Source of the DNA: a virus
Virus record (IMG/VR): IMGVR_UViG_3300044946_000428
Span: 4,777 to 68,776 of that record
DNA: 64,000 nt
Reading direction: 5' to 3' (one strand)
Part shown: positions 16,243-25,532 of the stretch, piece after piece
Position numbering within the stretch: position 1 is the stretch's first letter
Layout of the letters: each line of letters opens with the position of its first letter
Position numbers and translations under genes: made by a program
Notes under the pieces: model-generated
What the model was told of the DNA's origin: nothing
Databases searched by the model: none
The model's input: only the letters and a program-made list of their open reading frames with translations

Positions 16243-16340
16243 CCGCCCGCGGTCCCGGCCGGCCGACATGTCCGGACGGGAGCCGCGGGCGAGAAAGCCC
16301 GACGCCAACCACGACCAACCACCGCCGAAGGAGGCGAGCC

Positions 16341-16595
16341 ATGGCCAGCAACTACGATCGGGCGCTCGAGGAGGACGACGGCGACGGCATTGCCTACGCA
16401 TTAGTCCTCGCAATGAACCTATCAATGTTCGTCGCGGCCACCGCCGGCGATCTGGCCACACCTTTCGTGCCGCACCGCTGGCTGTGGATAGCAGACCTCG
16501 CTGCCGCGGCCCCCGTGCTGGCCTTGGCCGCACGGCGCAGGTGGCAACTGCTCGACGCATGCCTCGAACTCGTGTGGCACGTCAGGAGGCGGTGA
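16341..16595 (+). CDS. Small membrane protein (2 predicted TM)
   Basis: GAAGGAGG SD; two hydrophobic segments. Confidence 0.6.
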   Translation: MASNYDRALEEDDGDGIAYALVLAMNLSMFVAATAGDLATPFVPHRWLWIADLAAAAPVLALAARRRWQLLDACLELVWHVRRR

Positions 16596-16597
16596 TG

Positions 16598-16945
16598 TCA
16601 GCCCTTCAGCTTGCCGCGCGGGCCCTTCGCGATCGCCTGCGCACTCGCCCGAGTGATCCCGAACCGCTTCGCCACCACCCCGTGCGACCACCGCTCCGGG
16701 TCCCCCTCGGCCTGCGCCTGTGCACGCAGGCGATCCAGCGCGAGATGACGCACCATCGAGAGCGCCGGGATCGCGTCCAACATCAACCGCACCAGCGAAT
16801 GTGTCTTATCGAGACGCTCGCAGTCATCCGCGATCGCCTCGGCATGCCGCTTCAAAGCTCGCACGAACTCCGCGCGCTCCCCCTCATCGGCGCGGGAGAC
16901 GGCGAGTAGCGCCTCCGCGGCGCGCTCAATCTCCTCACGCTCCAC
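16598..16945 (-). CDS. Putative regulator with a C-terminal HTH, divergent from the transfer operon
   Basis: VEREEIERAAE...WSHGVVAKRFGITRASAQAI (HTH-like). Confidence 0.6.
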   Translation of the reverse strand: MEREEIERAAEALLAVSRADEGERAEFVRALKRHAEAIADDCERLDKTHSLVRLMLDAIPALSMVRHLALDRLRAQAQAEGDPERWSHGVVAKRFGITRASAQAIAKGPRGKLKG

Positions 16946-17043
16946 ATCCGGATCATATCCACCCCCGAAAGACGTATGACGGGTTATACACTGAACCCTG
17001 ATATGGCACCAGGACACGACACGGGAAAGGGAGCACACCGACA

Positions 17044-17964
17044 ATGCCCGGCCGGGAGAACACGCCCACCACACCGGAACTCGACGTTCCGGCCGGCGCC
17101 GTGCGCGAACTCAGCACAGGCGCCACCCTCGCCGTCCTCTTCGCCGAAGCCATGTCATCCGTGCGGCTGTTCGGACTCGGCGAGCGCGTCGGGTTCGCCT
17201 GGTACCTCGCCTGGCTCCTGCCGGGCGCGCTCGACGTCTACGCCCTGACGATGCTCCGCTTCTCCTCCCGCATCCCAGACGGCCACCGCCTGCGCCACAA
17301 GGCCATGCGCGAGGCGATTCTCGCGCTCGCCATCACCGTCGGGTGCAACGCCCTCTACGAGGCCGTCACCGCGTTCGCCCGTCAACTGCCCGTCTGGGCA
17401 CCGGGCGCGCTCTTCGTCCTCGTCTCCGCGCTCGCCCCGTTCGTCGCCGGACGGATCATCCACTTCCACGCGGGCATCGGACGCTCCACCCCCGCGAGCG
17501 CCAGGACGCCCGAGACCGCGAGCGGTAGCGACGAGCGCCAGGGCGCTGCCGAAGAGCGCGAGCACCGCGAGCCGGAAGCGCTCGTGGCCGAGAAGCGGCC
17601 GAGCGCTCCCGCCGCCCCGCAAGCGCTCGTGGTCGAGCGCAAGCCGATCGCGAGCACGGTGCGCGAGCGCGCCCTGCGCACCCCGGCCGCGAGCGTTACC
17701 GAGATCGGCGCCGCGGGCGGCCTGAGCCGCGAGCAGTGGGGCGAGCGTGGCGCCCCCGTCTACCGCGAACTCATGGACCGCGACGGCACCGGCCCCTCCG
17801 CCCCCAAGCTCCTCGACGCCCTCGTCACCCGGGGGCTGGCCCAGTCCGTCTCCCCGGCCCGCGCCCGCGTCATCCGCAAGGCGGCGGAAGACCACCTCGG
17901 CCTCACCGGCGACCCCGACGACGGCTCGGCAGGAGACGAACCCGACGCGGACGCCGTGGCCTGA
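17044..17964 (+). CDS. DUF2637/SpdB-like conjugal-spread membrane protein
   Basis: Four N-terminal TM segments (AWLLPGALDVYAL...NALY...SALAP) plus low-complexity linker and C-terminal helical domain. Confidence 0.7.
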   Translation: MPGRENTPTTPELDVPAGAVRELSTGATLAVLFAEAMSSVRLFGLGERVGFAWYLAWLLPGALDVYALTMLRFSSRIPDGHRLRHKAMREAILALAITVGCNALYEAVTAFARQLPVWAPGALFVLVSALAPFVAGRIIHFHAGIGRSTPASARTPETASGSDERQGAAEEREHREPEALVAEKRPSAPAAPQALVVERKPIASTVRERALRTPAASVTEIGAAGGLSREQWGERGAPVYRELMDRDGTGPSAPKLLDALVTRGLAQSVSPARARVIRKAAEDHLGLTGDPDDGSAGDEPDADAVA

Positions 17965-18088
17965 TCCGTGAACTTCTCCGTGAACTTCACGTCAACCAGC
18001 ACCATCCGCAGCGCCGACCAGCGCAAACGGACACCAGGCCCCGAACCGTGAAAACCGAAACAGTGAAAACCGACTCCCGGAGACTCCC

Positions 18089-18664
18089 GTGACCCTCACC
18101 GCCACCGCATCCCCGCCGCTGCACGACGCGGCCCTGACCGCCACCCAGGCCCACGTGTCGCTGCTCGGCGCCACGGCCCTGTGCCTGATCTTCGCGTTCT
18201 TCCTGCGCCGCCGCGCCGCCGGCATCACCTCCTCGATCGAGCGCCGCGGCCTCGTGCGCCGCTCCAACGGCGCCGTCAAGACCGTGCGCCACAGCCGCAC
18301 TGTCCTGGAGTGGGCCGCGTTCCTGCTGTTCGCCGCCGCCGGGGTGTGCGCCTCCGGCACGTTCGTCGGTTCCCTCGTGCTCTGGTTCGCCCGCCAGGTC
18401 CAGCACCTGTTCGACCTGCTGCCGGTCAAGGGGCAGCTCGGCGTCAACGCCGGCCTGCTGATCGTCGGGCTGTTCTTCCTGCACAAGGGCCTGCACCTGC
18501 TCGGCGACGTCCTCGAGGGCAAGGCGCACCAGGGCGGCGCGGACTGGCTCGCGTTCCTCGGCCCGATGGTCTTCACCCTCGTGCCCGGCTATTTCGGCGA
18601 GGGCGCCGCCTGGGTGTACTCGGGCATGGCCACGCACATCGTCCCGCTCGTCGAGCACCTGTGA
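18089..18664 (+). CDS. Multi-pass membrane protein, Spd-like
   Basis: 4-5 hydrophobic helices; lies in the TraB operon. Confidence 0.75.
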   Translation: MTLTATASPPLHDAALTATQAHVSLLGATALCLIFAFFLRRRAAGITSSIERRGLVRRSNGAVKTVRHSRTVLEWAAFLLFAAAGVCASGTFVGSLVLWFARQVQHLFDLLPVKGQLGVNAGLLIVGLFFLHKGLHLLGDVLEGKAHQGGADWLAFLGPMVFTLVPGYFGEGAAWVYSGMATHIVPLVEHL

Positions 18665-18674
18665 GGGCCGGGCG

Positions 18675-19874
18675 ATGACCGACCTCTTCGATGCGATCTT
18701 CGCGTACTACCTGATGATGCTCGGCGCGGGAGCGGTCGCCGGGGTGCGCTCGTCGCTGCGCTCGGCGACGCCCGCAGGCGCCCCTGCGCTCGCCGGCGCG
18801 AGCGACGGCGCCCCCGACCCCGCGAGCGGCGCGCCCGGCGCGGGGCGCTCGCCCGCGCCTGCCGCGAGCGCTACCCGTGCGGCGCTCGGCGCCCGCTTGT
18901 ACGCGGCGGGACAGCGAGCGGCGCGAGCGGCCGTAAGCGCGGGCCGGCATCCGCGGACGGCGTCGATCGCCGGGTGGGCGAGCGGCGCCCGCTTCTACCG
19001 GGGCTCGCGCCGCGGCATGCGCGTCGTGACGGCCCGCGTGATCGCGCGCCGCGTCCTGGCGCCGCAGGCGCCTGCCGCGCCCATGCAGCCGCAGCCTGCG
19101 GGGTCCGACCCCGCCGCGCCCGGTTCCGCCGCGCCCGTTCCGCCGGCCGGGGCGCCCGGCCCCGGCCCGACGCCGCCCCAGGCTCCCGGACCCACCCCGA
19201 ACGCGCCGCCCCCGCCGGGCCCCCCGAGCGGGGACGACCTGCTCTACATCTGGCAGGGCGTCTTCGAAAATCCCGACCCGGCGCCCGCCGCACCCGCAAG
19301 GCCCGTCCTGTTTCTCGTCCCGCAGCTGAAGGAGTACCCGAGCATGAGCGAAATCCACGACTACGAATCCGCGCAGTCATTCACCGGGGAGGCGTCCGCG
19401 ACCGCCGCCATGGAAGCCGAAGACGCCGTATCCGCCGCGGAATCCACCGCCGCCGCCGCGGAATTCTCCAGCCAGACCGCCGCGCGGGTCGACGTGGAAA
19501 TCCAGACCATCGAGGCCGGCATCGCCACGATGACGGTTCTCGGCGTCGATGAGAACAGCCTCGCCGCGTATCACCAGTTCCTCGAGGGCGGCCTCGCCTA
19601 CCGGGAGTTGGCCGCCACGTTCGCGGCCGGACTCGCCGACCTCACGGGCCTGGCCGCGGCCATGTCCGCCGCAGCCGTCGCCTACCACGAGCTCGGCGCC
19701 AACGCCCTGGAGACGATCACGGCGGAGCAGGGCCTGCACGACGAGGCCGCGAAGGCCACCGGCCACGGCGGCGCCGACGGCTCGTTCTTCGGCGTCGCGT
19801 CCACCACCGGCATCGCCGCGCCCGCGCCCGCCCCGGCACTCGCCGCCGCGGCCCCCGCGCCGCCCGCGAACTGA
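18675..19874 (+). CDS. Plasmid/AICE transfer-associated protein (TraA/Spd-like); internal start at 19344
   Basis: Pro/Ala linker then AAGGAG-N8-ATG; helical C-terminal domain ending ..EQGLHDEAAK..G.ADGSFF; directly upstream of traB. Confidence 0.6.
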   Translation: MTDLFDAIFAYYLMMLGAGAVAGVRSSLRSATPAGAPALAGASDGAPDPASGAPGAGRSPAPAASATRAALGARLYAAGQRAARAAVSAGRHPRTASIAGWASGARFYRGSRRGMRVVTARVIARRVLAPQAPAAPMQPQPAGSDPAAPGSAAPVPPAGAPGPGPTPPQAPGPTPNAPPPPGPPSGDDLLYIWQGVFENPDPAPAAPARPVLFLVPQLKEYPSMSEIHDYESAQSFTGEASATAAMEAEDAVSAAESTAAAAEFSSQTAARVDVEIQTIEAGIATMTVLGVDENSLAAYHQFLEGGLAYRELAATFAAGLADLTGLAAAMSAAAVAYHELGANALETITAEQGLHDEAAKATGHGGADGSFFGVASTTGIAAPAPAPALAAAAPAPPAN

Positions 19875-19908
19875 CCGGCGACCCGCACCTTTGAAGAAAG
19901 GAACGACG

Positions 19909-21957
19909 ATGCCCGACCCCGACGGCTACCGGCCGCCCGGCACCCCGCCGCCCCCAAGCCGCCTGCGCACGCAGGTGAGCGCGGACGTGCGCGGCGGCCT
20001 CGACGCCGTCGGGCTCAAGGCGTGGAACCTGGCCAAGAAGGGCGCGGCCGGCGCGGCCCGCCACCCCGCCGAGTTCGCCCCCCTGCTCGGCGGCGCCCTG
20101 CTCGAGGCCGCATGCATCGCGCAGGCGGACGTGCCCGACGCGTGGATGTTCATCTGGTCCGCCGTGATCCTCGCCGGATTCCTGCTCTACCGGATCCCGC
20201 GTTCCCGCAAGGCCCGCGCCCGCGCCGCGTCCCGGCTGCGCCGCGCCTACTACACGGCCGCGTGCGCCGCCGCCGTGATCTGCCTTGCGATCGCGGGCAT
20301 CGCCGGACCCGCGAGCGCCCTCGCGATTCAGGCCTCGGGCTCCGCGACCGCCGCCGCGACCGGCACCTGGTGGGCGCGGCACGCAAGGCGCCGGCTGCGC
20401 GCACGCAAGGGCCACGCCCCGGCGCCTGCGGAGCCCGAGGCCCCCGCCGATCCGTACGCCGCGGCCCGCGCGGAGATCACCGAGTGGTTCACCAGCCGCT
20501 ACACCCACCCCCGGGGCCCGCTCGCCGGAGGCCGCCTGCTCGAGGCCACCGCGAACGACCTGTTCTGCCGCCTGCACGTGCAGGTCGACGGCGACACCCA
20601 CTCCTTCGGCAACATCCTCGCGCTCGCCGACCGCATGGTCGCCTCCCGCGGCACCTCCCTGTTCAACATCCAGATCGAGCCCACCCTCGACCAGCGCCGC
20701 GACCAGGGCATCATCACGATTTTCCACCGGAACCCGCTGCCCGAGCAGGTCCCGTTCCCCGGGCCCACCATCGACACCGCCACCGGCTGCGCGACCGTCG
20801 GGCGCTGCGCCGACCTGAGCCCGGCCCTGATCCGGTTCTGGGAACCGGGATCCGGCGCATGGCACGAACTCGTCTCCGGCGCGTCGGGTACCGGCAAATC
20901 CCGGTACCTCGACCAGGCGCTGATCAACGAGCGGCACGCCCTCGACTCCGACGGCCGGCACCTGATCGTCTCGTGGATCTGCGACCCGCAGATGGGCCAG
21001 TCCCTCCCGGACTGGCAGGACAAGGTCGACCGGTTCGCCCGCACCCCCGCCGAGTGCCTCGCGCTGCTCGAGGACGCGCTCGCCGAGATGTTCGCGCGCA
21101 ACGACAAACTCTCGAAGATCCAGTGGACCGACCGCAAGGGCCGCATCCGCACCGGCGTCGACCACTTCACCCCCACCGCCGAGATGCCGCTGCTGTCGGT
21201 CACCCTCGAAGAGGCGCCGATGCTGCTGGGCGCTGACCGCCGCTTCAAAGTCATCGTCAAGCGGATCCTGTCGATGGGCCGCAAGTGCGGCGTCCGGCTG
21301 CGCCTGGTCACCCAGGTCCCCTCGATCGCGGAGCTCGGCAACGACTTCGCGATCCGCCCGCTGCTCGCCTCCATGAGCGTCGTGTGCCTGCGCACCACCG
21401 AGCCGATCACCGGCACCGCGATCCCCGGCCTGCCCGGCGACCCCAAAAACATCGAGGAGCGCTTCCCCGACGGCTCGCGCACCGTCGGGCTCGGCTACAT
21501 CCTCGGCGCGGTCAAGCCCGCGAAGATGCGCACCTTCACCCTCGACGAACTCGTCGTCTACGACTGGGCGTCCGCCGGCACCACCGCGCACCTGACCCCG
21601 CTCGCCCATGTACCGGCCGCGCCCGATCCGGCCGCGCAGGCCGGCGACGCCAGCCCCGTTCCGTCCGCAGCCACGAGCGCGGGGTTCGAGGCCGCCGCGC
21701 CCGCGCAGTACGCCGAAGCGCTCGGCGCCCGCCGGGCCCGCGACGCGATCTGCGGGTACGTCAACGCGCAGGACCGGCCGGTCACCTCCGGGCAGATCGT
21801 GCGCGAACTCGGCCTGGCGAACTCGGCCGTATCCCAGGCCATCAAGCGCGAACTCGTCTCGAAGGCCCCGCGCCTCGCGAAGATCTCCCACGGCCTCTAC
21901 GCCGCCCCCGGCCGCGACGCCGGGTTCTGGGGCGACCGCGCCCAGACCGCCGCCTAG
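19909..21957 (+). CDS. traB: FtsK/SpoIIIE-family DNA translocase (Streptomyces-type TraB)
   Basis: N-terminal TM helices; Walker A GASGTGKS (20878-20901); Walker B VTLEEA; GRKCGVRLRLVTQ; C-terminal wHTH (SGQIVRELGLANSAVSQAI...HGLY). Confidence 0.88.
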   Translation: MPDPDGYRPPGTPPPPSRLRTQVSADVRGGLDAVGLKAWNLAKKGAAGAARHPAEFAPLLGGALLEAACIAQADVPDAWMFIWSAVILAGFLLYRIPRSRKARARAASRLRRAYYTAACAAAVICLAIAGIAGPASALAIQASGSATAAATGTWWARHARRRLRARKGHAPAPAEPEAPADPYAAARAEITEWFTSRYTHPRGPLAGGRLLEATANDLFCRLHVQVDGDTHSFGNILALADRMVASRGTSLFNIQIEPTLDQRRDQGIITIFHRNPLPEQVPFPGPTIDTATGCATVGRCADLSPALIRFWEPGSGAWHELVSGASGTGKSRYLDQALINERHALDSDGRHLIVSWICDPQMGQSLPDWQDKVDRFARTPAECLALLEDALAEMFARNDKLSKIQWTDRKGRIRTGVDHFTPTAEMPLLSVTLEEAPMLLGADRRFKVIVKRILSMGRKCGVRLRLVTQVPSIAELGNDFAIRPLLASMSVVCLRTTEPITGTAIPGLPGDPKNIEERFPDGSRTVGLGYILGAVKPAKMRTFTLDELVVYDWASAGTTAHLTPLAHVPAAPDPAAQAGDASPVPSAATSAGFEAAAPAQYAEALGARRARDAICGYVNAQDRPVTSGQIVRELGLANSAVSQAIKRELVSKAPRLAKISHGLYAAPGRDAGFWGDRAQTAA

Positions 21958-21970
21958 CCCAAGGAACACG

Positions 21971-22171
21971 ATGACCATGGAGCATGAAGACCTCGCCCGC
22001 GGCGCCCGCGTCGAGATCGCCGTCAGGGCCGCCAGCAAGGGAGATCTCGCGACGGCCGCCGGGATCCTCGCCGGAATGAGCGCGGAGGAACGCGACCAGT
22101 TCGGCCCGCTCGTGGCCGCGAGTTTCCCCGTTTCCGCCCCCGGGCGGCCGTTCGGTGCCGGGACCCCGTGA
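21971..22171 (+). CDS. Hypothetical protein (66 aa)
   Basis: AAGGA SD; coupled to the next gene. Confidence 0.55.
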   Translation: MTMEHEDLARGARVEIAVRAASKGDLATAAGILAGMSAEERDQFGPLVAASFPVSAPGRPFGAGTP

Positions 22172-22578
22172 GCGCGGCCCCGCTCATCCTCGGTGCCGCC
22201 GCAGCCGTCGCGGTGGCCGCCGCCCGCAGGCGCAGGGACCCGTCGCGCCCGAGCTGGGACGTGCCCGCGGTCCAGCGCCAGCAGGCCGACCGGATCCTCG
22301 AGGCCGCCGCGCTCTACCGGGCCGGGCGCGACGGCGATGCGCGGATCGCGCTGCGCGACCGCGCCCTGGACTGGGGCCTGATCGCCCGTGCCGCGTCGGC
22401 TCGCCCGCTCGACCCGGTCGCCCACCGCATCGGCGCCGCGATCGGACGCGACGGGAGCGGGATGTTCCTCGGCGAACTGCACTCCCGGCTCGCCCCGGCC
22501 GACCGCGAGCGGGCCCTGGCCACCCTCGCCCAGGCGCTGCTGGACTACACCGGACCCGCCGACGAAGGAGCGCGCTGA
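22168..22578 (+). CDS. Hypothetical protein with an N-terminal TM anchor (136 aa)
   Basis: GTGA coupling; LILGAAAAVAVAAARRRR. Confidence 0.6.
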   Translation: MSAAPLILGAAAAVAVAAARRRRDPSRPSWDVPAVQRQQADRILEAAALYRAGRDGDARIALRDRALDWGLIARAASARPLDPVAHRIGAAIGRDGSGMFLGELHSRLAPADRERALATLAQALLDYTGPADEGAR

Positions 22579-23228
22579 TGCTCGGCCGAACCCACGCCCT
22601 GTCGGGCGCGACCGCTTTCGCCTCCCTCTCCTGCGCCGCGCCCCTGGTCGGCGTGCATCCGCATTGGGGTGCGATCACGGCCGGGCTGCTTTCCACGGCA
22701 GGCGCGGCGCTCCTGCCCGACCTCGATCATCCACAGGCCACGATCGCGCATTCCTTCGGCCCCGCCACCAAAACCCTGACCCGGATCGTGCACCGGGTCT
22801 CCGGCGGCCACCGGCACGCCACGCACTCGCTCGCGTTCACCGCCGCGATGCCGCTGCTCACCTGGGCCGGGGACGCGGCGTTCGGTCGCCGGTTCGCCCT
22901 GGCCGTCGTCTACGTCCTGTTCGCGTTCGGGCTCCGCGCGCTGCACCTGGCCCGTGGGCTCGCCCCGGCGGTCGCGCTCGTCCTTACCGTGGTCGTCGGT
23001 TGCACGATGCCGCACGACCTCGGCTGGCTGCCGTTCTCCGTCGGCGTCGGGATAGCCGCGCACCTGGTCGGGGACTGTCTGACGAAGGAGGGCTGCCCGC
23101 TGATGTGGCCCCGTCGCGGGCACTACATGCTGCCGATCGTGCAGCGGACGGGTAATCGGGTGGAGACGATGCTCGTCGCGCCGCTGTGCATGGCGGGCGC
23201 GGTCGCGCTGCTGGTGTTCGCGCGCTGA
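22578..23228 (+). CDS. YdjM-like membrane-bound metal-dependent hydrolase
   Basis: HALSG...LLPDLDHP...GHRHATHSL...AHLVGD.LTKEG.PL.WP. Confidence 0.85.
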   Translation: MLGRTHALSGATAFASLSCAAPLVGVHPHWGAITAGLLSTAGAALLPDLDHPQATIAHSFGPATKTLTRIVHRVSGGHRHATHSLAFTAAMPLLTWAGDAAFGRRFALAVVYVLFAFGLRALHLARGLAPAVALVLTVVVGCTMPHDLGWLPFSVGVGIAAHLVGDCLTKEGCPLMWPRRGHYMLPIVQRTGNRVETMLVAPLCMAGAVALLVFAR

Positions 23229-23412
23229 ACCGGACCGTCGCCGTTTCCGGGCCCGTGGCGCACGGGCGCGTCCCGCGGCGCGCATTCGGCTTGACCACGC
23301 GCCCCGGCAGCCTCAAACTCGCGATAGACGATCACGGCCGCCCAGGGCACCAACCCGGACGGCCTGAGCGATCGCTGACGACTCCCATATCGTACGACCT
23401 CGGGAGTCCTGC

Positions 23413-24231
23413 ATGCCGAAATACCAAGGACCGTACTGGCCGCACTCGGCACCCGACGCCGAAACCCCCGAGATTCACACCCCGTCCGCCGGTCCTTGCC
23501 CGTCGAGGTGCAACCATCGCTGGCGCCAGGCGGTCGCGGCGTACAACGTGGCCCTCGCGAAATGGGTCGAACGCGGCTGCAACGGCACCGAGCCCACCCC
23601 CGTTGAGACCGAGCCCTGGCCTGGGGAACCCGTCCTGTGCCGCAAATGCGCGTCCATCGCCCGCGGCGCACTGCGGGAACTCCCGCTCGCCTACACGGCG
23701 CTCGCGTCCACGAAATACCTCACCCGCACCGCCTCCGCCGACGACGAACGCCGCGGACGCTCCGACGTCCCGCCCTCCCCCAGCCCCGGCGCCGACCAGC
23801 AGGACGAGATCTGCCGCACCGTCACCGCGTGGGAAGACGATCTGCGACAGCACCTGCGGCACGTCGCAGCCCACGACACCGGCGACCACACCGCCGACCT
23901 CGCCGCATCCGTCGAGTACCTCAACCGCAACTGGCAGGCCATGGTCGAGCGGGTCGAGTGCGCCGGCGACTTCGCGGACGAGATCAGCAGACTGCACCGG
24001 GTCGCCGTCGCCATGTGCAAGAACAAGCCGGGCCGCAAGCACCTGCCAGCGCCGTGTCCGTCGTGCGACATGATGGCCCTCGTCCAGGAAGAGGGGTTCG
24101 CAGGAAAGCCCTGGTACGTTGAGTGCGAGGAGCGAGTCGGCGGCTGCGGCAGGTTGTATCAAGAGTCTGAATACAGTTGGCTCGTTCAGCTGCTCAGCGG
24201 CGGGCACGTCCCCACCGGTGCGTCCTCGTGA
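23413..24231 (+). CDS. Phage zinc-finger protein (putative late-gene regulator)
   Basis: C.SRC, LCRKC, PCPSC, VEC..GGC motifs; usual position before a small HTH gene in actinophages. Confidence 0.75.
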   Translation: MPKYQGPYWPHSAPDAETPEIHTPSAGPCPSRCNHRWRQAVAAYNVALAKWVERGCNGTEPTPVETEPWPGEPVLCRKCASIARGALRELPLAYTALASTKYLTRTASADDERRGRSDVPPSPSPGADQQDEICRTVTAWEDDLRQHLRHVAAHDTGDHTADLAASVEYLNRNWQAMVERVECAGDFADEISRLHRVAVAMCKNKPGRKHLPAPCPSCDMMALVQEEGFAGKPWYVECEERVGGCGRLYQESEYSWLVQLLSGGHVPTGASS

Positions 24232-24479
24232 CCGAGCCGACGACTTACCTCACCGTCGCCGACGCGGCACTTTGGCTCGGCAAGGGCGAACGCACCATCA
24301 GGCGGTGGATGACAGCGCGCCTCGTCACGATCTACAAGCGCGGCGACGGGATGACCGTCCTCGACATCACGGAACTCATTCGTGTCGAACGCGAGCAGCG
24401 GCACCGGAACCCCGTTCGGCACGCCAAGCGTGCTCAGATGTTTGCGCAGGTCGCGTCGATGACCTATTCTCGGCAGTAG
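24228..24479 (+). CDS. Small HTH DNA-binding protein
   Basis: YLTVADAALWLGKGERTIRRW; GTGA coupling. Confidence 0.8.
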   Translation: MTEPTTYLTVADAALWLGKGERTIRRWMTARLVTIYKRGDGMTVLDITELIRVEREQRHRNPVRHAKRAQMFAQVASMTYSRQ

Positions 24480-24580
24480 CTTGAGCGCAGAGCGCCCAAC
24501 AGAAGGATTGCCTGGCCGGTTTGGCTGGGAAGCGGTGCTCGCCTCGGTTCCGGCCGGACCTGGCTGAGCGCCCGCCTTGA

Positions 24581-24605
24581 GAGCCCGCCCACGTGGCGGG
24601 CTTTC
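24581..24605 (+). terminator. Hairpin terminator at the early/late junction
   Basis: GAGCCCGCC-CACGT-GGCGGGCTTTC. Confidence 0.6.
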
Positions 24606-24624
24606 GGCTTGCACGTACCCTGTA

Positions 24625-24667
24625 CCTGTCGGCGGAGACGCAGGTTCGAATCCTTGCCGCCTGCCGG
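24625..24667 (+). pseudogene. Degenerate tRNA 3' half (Asp-like)
   Basis: CCTGTC.GGCGGAGACGCAGGTTCGAATCCT with a canonical T-loop; no intact cloverleaf. Confidence 0.35.
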
Positions 24668-24840
24668 TACCCAGCCCGGCTCCGGCGCAGCTCGCCCAGG
24701 TCGAGCGCCGCCGACTCCTAAGGCAGGGCCGTCGCCTCCGGGCTGCGGTCCGCCGTCGGCCCCGTGTCGTTGCCGGGGCCGCAACACCAAGACGTCCGCC
24801 CCGTTCGTAGGGCGGCTCTCCGCGATGGAGTCACGGCGAG

Positions 24841-25191
24841 ATGCCGAAGGAACAGATCAACTTCCCTGCGCCGTTCGAGCCGCGCTGCACCTGCAGCGGC
24901 AACGACGGGTGCACCAACTGCCCGCCCGCGATCCACGGCGAGGCATGGCCCGAGCCCGAACTCAACATCGGGTGGGGCAAGGCCAACGACTACGGTCCGG
25001 GCCACGTACAGGTGTCCATGCTTCTGCCCGTCGGCTACCTCAAGCACCTGGCCGCCAGTCTGGCGAGCGCCGACGCCGCCGCACCGGCCGGCATCGCGGC
25101 TTTCTCCCCGGCGCTGTCGCGTGACGAGTTGAACCGCCTCATCCGGATGGCGCGCAAGGCCCGCGACGAGGCGTTCGGCCGCGACGAGTAG
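24841..25191 (+). CDS. Hypothetical phage protein (116 aa)
   Basis: EQIN...LSRDELNRLIRMARKARDEAFGRDE. Confidence 0.7.
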   Translation: MPKEQINFPAPFEPRCTCSGNDGCTNCPPAIHGEAWPEPELNIGWGKANDYGPGHVQVSMLLPVGYLKHLAASLASADAAAPAGIAAFSPALSRDELNRLIRMARKARDEAFGRDE

Positions 25192-25250
25192 CCCACTGTC
25201 TTCCCGCGCGCCGTTCGAGGGAGTGGCGCGCGGGGATCCACGCCGAGGCG

Positions 25251-25532
25251 GTGACGGTGGCCGTCGCCGAGCAGCCAGCGAGCGTCCCGGCCGCCGCGTA
25301 CGAGGTCTACTACAGCGGCGACACGCCCAGCCCGGCCAGTGTCCGGTGGACGCACCAGCGAGCCGACGGCACCTGGTGCGCGGCCACCTTCCCGTTCCGT
25401 GGGCACGGCAACGGACGCGGCGAGTGGACGGTCATTCTCGCCGAGCCGCTGACCGCGACTCCCGTGCTGAGGTGTCCTGTCTGTAGATCAAAGGCTTGGC
25501 TGGATGGCGGAAAGCTGAGGGCCGCGAAGTGA
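25251..25532 (+). CDS. Small zinc-ribbon-like protein (93 aa)
   Basis: H...C...LTATPVLRCPVC..KAWL..G. Confidence 0.6.
   Translation: MTVAVAEQPASVPAAAYEVYYSGDTPSPASVRWTHQRADGTWCAATFPFRGHGNGRGEWTVILAEPLTATPVLRCPVCRSKAWLDGGKLRAAK

Larger units (their letters stand above)
15168..16270 (+). repeat. Dispersed ~70-nt intergenic repeat (hairpin plus GCGGCCAACCGGCC) separating small ORFs
   Basis: Full units 15414-15490, 15701-15770, 15972-16041; 3' half only at 15168-15191; remnant at 16240-16266. Confidence 0.85.

Noticed and set aside
15168-16270. CRISPR array interpretation of the repeats
   Set aside because: The intervening segments are about 200-300 bp with SD-led ORFs, the repeats are degenerate, and no cas genes are present
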